From: Pseudomonadota bacterium
GTDB taxonomy: Bacteria; Desulfobacterota; Desulfobacteria; Desulfobacterales; RPRI01
Assembly: GCA_043825875.1 (NCBI GenBank)
Contig: JBDRRF010000110.1
Location: 1 to 64,000, forward strand
Direction: 5' to 3'
Length of the DNA stretch: 64,000 nt
The notes beneath the pieces are model-generated. The model did not search any database. It was not told where the DNA came from and saw nothing but the letters and a program-made list of their open reading frames with translations. The first letter of the stretch is position 1; each line of letters starts with the position of its first letter. The position numbers were made by a program, and so were the translations under genes. Shown here in pieces: positions 58,307 through 64,000 of the stretch.

Positions 58307-58699
58307 TTAAGGCACCTTCATATCAAATTTTGGTGAGTGGCATTCATTGCAATAAAGGACCGAAGGAACATGGTTCTTATGGCACAAAGTGCAGCGGGCT
58401 TCACCCATATGCGATTTGTGCGGGTTTTGGATACCGGCCTTAATGTTTTCAAGATTTGCGGTTTTTTCCGCAAGCTCGGTATAACTGCCATGGCAGTTCA
58501 TACAGGTAACATCGCCGGGCCTAACGGGCGGCGATCCCTTTTCATGGCAGGATTCACATGTGGTATCCTGATCTTTATGTTTGTTAATTTTTGGTGAATT
58601 ATCCGAACCGGATACAGCCGGGACAGGCAGACTAATAATTATAAATAATGTTAACAATACTATCATTAACACGGGAACTTTTATAGATTGCTTCATCAC
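58307..58699 (-). CDS. Tetraheme cytochrome c, copy 2
   Basis: Four CxxCH motifs; close paralog of 55194-55583. Confidence 0.9.
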   Translation of the reverse strand: MMKQSIKVPVLMIVLLTLFIIISLPVPAVSGSDNSPKINKHKDQDTTCESCHEKGSPPVRPGDVTCMNCHGSYTELAEKTANLENIKAGIQNPHKSHMGEARCTLCHKNHVPSVLYCNECHSPKFDMKVP

Positions 58700-58786
58700 A
58701 GTTTTCTCCTTAGCGTTTCTATTTTCGACTTTACAATTTGGAATCCGGTTATGATCAAATCAATAAAATCGTTTCGGTCATATAAC

Positions 58787-60547
58787 CTATCCCAAAACCT
58801 CTTTGGCCGCAAACATACCGGCTAATCGACCACCCGGCAGCACGAATCCTACACTTCCGCCTCCGGCAGCATTTTCTCCTGCCACGAACAGACCGGGAAT
58901 CGGGTCCCATTTTTTATCCAGAACATGTAATTGTTCATCAACAACAAGTCCTCCATGTGTATTGAAACAGCTTCCGCCCTTCTGTCCCACCGCATAAAAA
59001 GGAGCTGTGCGGATAGGATGCATGTAAATCGGTTCCTTAAAAAAGTCAGCATCGTAACCTGCATCACATAGACTATTATAACGATCGACCGTTTTAACCA
59101 GCGCATTGGGATCTATACTTAACTTCTTTGCCAGTTCAAAAATAGTATCAGCCTTCTTTATAACTCCCTTGGCAACATAGTGCTTAAATTGCTCTTCAAA
59201 CCAAGGGCAGGGATATTCGCAGAAAAGGGGATGGAACTTTTTGATAATATCTTCCTTGCTGATTGTATTTGCATCAAAGAGTGTGAAAGATTCCATGTCC
59301 GGTTGGGCAATGGTTTGTGCTCCCTGATAGCTGTAGACATGGCCTCTGTAAACACTTTCACAGAAGAACCTTTTAGCCTTTTTATTGACTGTAAGTGATT
59401 TCTGGCGGACCAACTGATTTGGCGCACTATATACCGTTGTTGCGCCATGTTCACGAAGCGCGCCGCCGTCCCAGATTTCTATTTCATCCATTCCGCATAA
59501 ATCGGCGCCCAAAGCCTGGGCCATCCTGAGCCCATCGCCTGTAGCACCGGGCATTCCCCAATACCTGGCTGCCTCGGCCCGCTTTGGAGAGCAATAAGCC
59601 TTAAGCATATCAGTATTTGCGCCAAAGCCTCCTGTAGCAAGTATAACGGCTTTTGCTTTTACATATACTGTTTTACCGTCAATATTACTTGCGGCAATAC
59701 CGATCACATGTTTACCCGATGTTACAAGCCCGGTTGCAGGATGTTCTTTTAAAATCTTAACACCTATTGCTTTCGCTCTTTTTTCCAATGCTTCCGTAAA
59801 ACCCCGCGCATTGTGCGGATGCCAGCGATACCAGCCTTCTTCAGGGTGTTCGGGATCAATCGGAACATGACCAAGGCCGGGAACCGGAAGACCCCCCACA
59901 CCTACTTCGGGCGAGTAAACCACACCCATATCTTCAAGCCAATCTATTGTATCTTTCTGTTGTTCAATGATTTGTCGCAGAAAAGTAGCATTTCGCCCGG
60001 CAGTTGCATTCGGAGTTGCAATATTTTGCATACCATCCGGATTCTGAGATCCTTCAGCCATAATTCTTGCGCCTACCGGCGGGGCCTTTATTCCAAACCT
60101 GCTCTGGAATCTGCTTCCAATGAGGCCTCCTGCGATCTCGGCAATCGATGTGTCACCTCCGCAAAAAGGGTTTTTTTCCAGAAGAATAACTTTTGCACCA
60201 TTTTCCGTTGCTGAAACAGCAGCAGCCAGCCCTGCTCCGCCTCCACCGGCTACGACAATATCTGTTTCATAATCCCACTTTTCAGGAGCTGATAAATTTG
60301 GCAGGGGTTTGGCATTTAAGTGCTTTTCGGCTTTATTGTCTTTTACCATAGAGCTTTTACCGGCTGTTTTTGTCCCTGTTTCCGTCATTGTCGCACAACC
60401 TATAAGGCCGGCACCGCCTGCTCCTGCGACTGTCAGAGCACCTTTCAAGAAACCTCTTCTGGATAAGCTTTTAGACGATTTTGCCTCCAAGGATTCCCGG
60501 CTTTTGCTTTCAGCACTCTTTTTTTTCTCATTTGTAGGCTTCTTCAT
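58787..60547 (-). CDS. Tat-exported FAD-dependent oxidoreductase, copy 2 (possible Tat lipoprotein)
   Basis: SRRGFLK..GLIGC; close paralog of 55671-57440. Confidence 0.88.
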   Translation of the reverse strand: MKKPTNEKKKSAESKSRESLEAKSSKSLSRRGFLKGALTVAGAGGAGLIGCATMTETGTKTAGKSSMVKDNKAEKHLNAKPLPNLSAPEKWDYETDIVVAGGGGAGLAAAVSATENGAKVILLEKNPFCGGDTSIAEIAGGLIGSRFQSRFGIKAPPVGARIMAEGSQNPDGMQNIATPNATAGRNATFLRQIIEQQKDTIDWLEDMGVVYSPEVGVGGLPVPGLGHVPIDPEHPEEGWYRWHPHNARGFTEALEKRAKAIGVKILKEHPATGLVTSGKHVIGIAASNIDGKTVYVKAKAVILATGGFGANTDMLKAYCSPKRAEAARYWGMPGATGDGLRMAQALGADLCGMDEIEIWDGGALREHGATTVYSAPNQLVRQKSLTVNKKAKRFFCESVYRGHVYSYQGAQTIAQPDMESFTLFDANTISKEDIIKKFHPLFCEYPCPWFEEQFKHYVAKGVIKKADTIFELAKKLSIDPNALVKTVDRYNSLCDAGYDADFFKEPIYMHPIRTAPFYAVGQKGGSCFNTHGGLVVDEQLHVLDKKWDPIPGLFVAGENAAGGGSVGFVLPGGRLAGMFAAKEVLG

Positions 60548-60799
60548 TATTTATTCCTCCATATTATTGATTACTATAATAACCTTCGAGCCAGTATCTC
60601 CAGAATAACTCCCTGCATCGGAGAACGAACTTCCTTAATCATTATAAATACCTCCAGCCTATTTTCGCTATAATATAAACTCTTTTAAAAACCAACAATA
60701 AAATCAGCAGAGATCTTTCACAGGGATAAGTTTATCTCCATCCATATATCCCTTTGGTTACAATTTTTGTTTTGGTTCGGCAATTACTATGACGGTCTG

Positions 60800-62014
60800 T
60801 TATGCCCTGGCAATTTCTCTGACAATATCAGAATATTCAATCCATAAGGCTTTCTGGAGGCAACTGCAAACACACAGACCGCAGCCCTCACATTTTTCCT
60901 TTTCTATTTCTGCTATAGCATCCACTTTTATTGCTCCCCAGTTACAGACTTCTTCACACACACCGCAGCCGACACATTTTTGCTCATTTATCGAAACTAC
61001 AATCCTGCCCTTAGTTTTTTCATATGCGCCAACAACCTCATCGTAAGCAAGTATTTTAGGAATGATACATCCTTTCATTTCTTCAATAGAAGCAAAACCT
61101 TTAGAATCCATATAATCTGATAAATTTCGTTTTAATTTTCTAATTAACCCCATACCTTTTCGCAGAAAAACAGTCTGGGCCTGAACAGAACTTGCACCAT
61201 ACATGATAAACTCTACAATATCACTCCAGGTCTGCGTTCCACCGCTAACAGACACATGAATATCCTGATATTGGTCACGCTGACTTAAAAGCGCCACAAA
61301 ATTTGCATGTTTTGCCGCTTTAGAACCGGAAAGAAATACTGATGATGGAATTACCGGCTCAATTTTATCGAGTTGTATGCCGGGCGAAGCCGGAAAAACC
61401 GTGGCTATTGTCATCCAATCCAATTCAGCTTTCTTAGGGATCTTAAGAGGAGATTGCCCCAATGGCTTAAACATCATTTTCACACCTAAAGGAATTTCAA
61501 CTGATCTTTTTACCTCACTACAGATTTCTTCAATAATAGGAGCATAAAACGAGAATTTTTCCAAGTGATGGTGAAGTGGGTATGGCAAAGGACAACCAAG
61601 CAAAATCTCAACCGCCTTGGCACCCGCTTCTTGAAGTAATTTGGCTCCCTTAATATAACCTTCAACGGATAAGGCCATTATACTGGCTATAACAGGGGTT
61701 TTAATCTCTTTAATATTGTCTTTGAACCATTTTGCCCATGCTTCAAGCGGCATGGGAGATAATCCGGATATAGATAAAATCCCGTTGCCGGCAGGATAGA
61801 AACCGGCTCGCGCATCGGGAAACAAGCCGGTTGAGTTAGGACTTACAACCTTTTTATATTCATTCTCCAGAAAACTGCTTTTTGTTATTACAGCTCCCGC
61901 TCCATACCGGATACATCTTTTGACGTCATCACCTGTTCTGGTCAAATGACCGGAGGAAATAATAATGGGGTTTTCAAGCTCCAGATTACCCATCATTACC
62001 TTTAAATCAGTCAT
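60800..62014 (-). CDS. DHODH/PreA-like FMN oxidoreductase with C-terminal 2x[4Fe-4S] domain
   Basis: LENPIIISSG, GAVITKS, GCP, VKM, SGG, GASSVQ; CVGCGVCEEVC and CEGCGLCVCSC. Confidence 0.75.
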   Translation of the reverse strand: MTDLKVMMGNLELENPIIISSGHLTRTGDDVKRCIRYGAGAVITKSSFLENEYKKVVSPNSTGLFPDARAGFYPAGNGILSISGLSPMPLEAWAKWFKDNIKEIKTPVIASIMALSVEGYIKGAKLLQEAGAKAVEILLGCPLPYPLHHHLEKFSFYAPIIEEICSEVKRSVEIPLGVKMMFKPLGQSPLKIPKKAELDWMTIATVFPASPGIQLDKIEPVIPSSVFLSGSKAAKHANFVALLSQRDQYQDIHVSVSGGTQTWSDIVEFIMYGASSVQAQTVFLRKGMGLIRKLKRNLSDYMDSKGFASIEEMKGCIIPKILAYDEVVGAYEKTKGRIVVSINEQKCVGCGVCEEVCNWGAIKVDAIAEIEKEKCEGCGLCVCSCLQKALWIEYSDIVREIARA

Positions 62015-62146
62015 TAAATACCTCTTTAACCGGCTTTACAAAATCAAATTTGATGGACTTACAAAAAGTCTATCCAGTTATAGCGCATCCGGGCAACCGC
62101 ATTTTGGAATTAATGTTTTCTTAGATGTAGCCGGTGCGCTCTCAGC

Positions 62147-62284
62147 TTACAACCCCCTGCCCCCCTTTGTTAAGGGGGAATTAAAAGCAAGTGCAGGTCC
62201 AATTATGCTTATTAATGCACATTGGATGGGGTAACTATATCCAAATAATTCCCCCTTAGAAAAGGGGGATAAAGGGGGTTGTAA
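62147..62284. repeat. Inverted pair of REP-like CCCCCTT-N-AAGGGGG hairpins
   Basis: TTACAACCCCCTGCCCCCCTTTGTTAAGGGGGAATT ... AATTCCCCCTTAGAAAAGGGGGATAAAGGGGGTTGTAA. Confidence 0.7.
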
Positions 62285-62294
62285 AAATAAAAAT

Positions 62295-63596
62295 CTATGC
62301 TACCTTTCTTTTGTTTTTAGCGTTATCTAAAACAAGAAAGAACTGTTCTAACTTCTTTTTAAGTTCCTCTTCCACAGCTGCAGAATTCTCCATAACGTCA
62401 ACATCTACGGTCAGGGTAGAGATTCCGGCCTTTTCTCTAAGCTGATCCTTTATCAGCCGGGATACCGCACCGCACATACGGCAATTGGTATTAAAAAAGT
62501 TTACCGCGCCATCCACCCCACTTTGTATTGAATCGTTAATAATCATATCTGAAAATACTTCATAAGGCCCATAGAACCCATGGTATGGCTCAGTATAGAA
62601 AATTCTGGCAAGGGCTTCTATTGGTTTTAATGGATCTATCTTTGCAACCTCAGCTTCATTGTAATAGTGATACATTGGTTCTGCTACCAATGTGGCACCT
62701 TGCGTTTCCATCCAGTCAAGCAAACCATGCATTCCGGGAGGAAAAGTATAACAACTTACAAGGCGATATTTTTCCTCAGGTGTATAACCTTTACCGCTGG
62801 CAACACGTTCTTTCATTTCATCTAAAAATGCCTGACAATAATCAACTCCCTCCTGTCTTCCGGCATACATCATACGGATGAAATGTATTAAAAAACCGGT
62901 TCCGCTTTTCACAGGGTTGGGTCTTGCCGTTTTGATAAGATTGTGGATTTCAACACTGATCTCCATCTGCTTCTTGGTCAGTCTTATTGCTTCCGATAGT
63001 TTATCATAGTCCATCTTTTGCCCGGTGGTCTTTTCCAGAAATGCAATTACATCCTTAATTTCTTCTACCATGAAATCGAGCCCCTTCTGAGTCCAGAAGA
63101 GATAAGGCCTGGTCATGCAAAAGACAGGCACATCGTAGAGGGCGCCCATAACATTTGCATTCTGAGCACAATTATCGCATTGGCATAAGCTCGTGCTCAC
63201 GATAGCGTTAGGTTTCGGATACCATCCCTTTGCAAACCAGCCTATGGGAGCACGCTGGGCGGAACAGATTTCCGGCCGGATGCCAATGGATTTAGCGGCA
63301 GTAAAAATCTCATCTTTATTGCCCATATATAAGGAAAACATACCGGCGATAAAGTCGTATTCGATGCCAGCAATACCCATAGCCCAATAGATTTCAGTAG
63401 GAAAAGACATAACGTTTGTAACAAAAGGTCTTCCCCCTTTTACAGCAGACATCACTTCATTGCACAGCTTTATCGTCAGATCATAAAACATGGTTTCAGC
63501 CTTGGTAGTACTATGGTGATCCCTCAATTGCGCCATTATAGGGATGCCCTGTTCAAACATTGTTGTATCAATATTTTCTATCTTTCTTAATTTCAT
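62295..63596 (-). CDS. 2-hydroxyacyl-CoA dehydratase / benzoyl-CoA reductase family subunit (HgdA/BcrB/BzdO-like)
   Basis: PTEIYWAMG, EICS, CD, FLEKTTGQK, VDG, CR motifs. Confidence 0.8.
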   Translation of the reverse strand: MKLRKIENIDTTMFEQGIPIMAQLRDHHSTTKAETMFYDLTIKLCNEVMSAVKGGRPFVTNVMSFPTEIYWAMGIAGIEYDFIAGMFSLYMGNKDEIFTAAKSIGIRPEICSAQRAPIGWFAKGWYPKPNAIVSTSLCQCDNCAQNANVMGALYDVPVFCMTRPYLFWTQKGLDFMVEEIKDVIAFLEKTTGQKMDYDKLSEAIRLTKKQMEISVEIHNLIKTARPNPVKSGTGFLIHFIRMMYAGRQEGVDYCQAFLDEMKERVASGKGYTPEEKYRLVSCYTFPPGMHGLLDWMETQGATLVAEPMYHYYNEAEVAKIDPLKPIEALARIFYTEPYHGFYGPYEVFSDMIINDSIQSGVDGAVNFFNTNCRMCGAVSRLIKDQLREKAGISTLTVDVDVMENSAAVEEELKKKLEQFFLVLDNAKNKRKVA

Positions 63597-64000
63597 ATTG
63601 CCACCTCCAAAGATAACATCTCAACGAATGCTTCAATTCTTGTTCTGATCTGACCGCTGAAGCCTCCTCCGTATTCAATATCCAGATCTAAAACGGTTAC
63701 TCCCTCGTCTTCAAGTCTGGTCTTCCACATCGGCAGATTAAGGATATAGGGTGCGCAACATCTCATAGTAAGAGCAATTATTCCGTCAAGCCTGAAATCC
63801 TTACCAATTTGTGATAACCACTCGGTTCTGTTATCAGGCGGATTGATTCTTGGGCAGGAGCAATTGGGAAGCAGATAGCGTTTTGCAAGAGCTTTCCATA
63901 GATCTCCCTCTTCAACCTGTTCCCACCAATACCGGGAACCATTGCAGAAATCATCAACAACTACGTTTACCCCCAGACTCTCAACACTTTCTACGAAAGA
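63593..64000 (-). CDS. 2-hydroxyacyl-CoA dehydratase / benzoyl-CoA reductase family subunit (HgdB/BcrC/BzdN-like), 3' part; not in the ORF track
   Basis: Manual translation gives VVDDFCNGSRY..ALAKRYL..CPR..LDGII..RCC-P..GQIRTRIEAFVEML; stop overlaps the next ATG. Confidence 0.85.
   Translation of the reverse strand, partial: SFVESVESLGVNVVVDDFCNGSRYWWEQVEEGDLWKALAKRYLLPNCSCPRINPPDNRTEWLSQIGKDFRLDGIIALTMRCCAPYILNLPMWKTRLEDEGVTVLDLDIEYGGGFSGQIRTRIEAFVEMLSLEVAI

Noticed and set aside
62050..62070. GATGGACTTACAAAAAGTC, resembling the end of another small element
   Set aside because: No partner end or second copy in the window
63778..63960. 60-aa ORF from the track
   Set aside because: Wrong frame; the real CDS is the HAD-family subunit 63593->64000

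Overview
AT-rich bacterial window; gene content points to a sulfate-reducing deltaproteobacterium (Desulfobacterales-like, inferred). Core genes: membrane Fe-S oxidoreductase with etfBA, DHH phosphoesterase, cbiR-like, DUF134/NifX, K+ channel, pcm, nrdJ-lysR-coaD-rsmD-ntrX-ntrY-lpxC, comM, ybdL-yafV. Four accessory zones interrupt them. (1) 6.3-15.2 kb: a decayed type I R-M locus, then an apparent integrase-less integron with a candidate promoter, an attI-like site, a 3.6-kb cassette encoding a nuclease-NACHT (NLR-like) protein and two canonical attC sites. (2) 32.4-50.8 kb: an ankyrin/SEL1 protein, IS5/IS4 elements, a type II secretion cluster and a wzz pseudogene. (3) 52.9-55.0 kb: a second, minus-strand attC cluster entangled with a broken RAYT-type element and a truncated toxin-antitoxin pair. 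(4) 55.2-64 kb: 2-hydroxyacyl-CoA dehydratase/benzoyl-CoA reductase-family subunits, an atypical DHODH/PreA-like FMN-FeS enzyme and two tandem Tat flavoprotein + tetraheme cytochrome c pairs whose flavoproteins lack fumarate-reductase catalytic motifs. A ~142-bp MITE occurs four times, once beside a paralogous empty site. No rRNA, tRNA, CRISPR array or intI gene was recognised. All calls were made by eye from motifs; no database searches were run.
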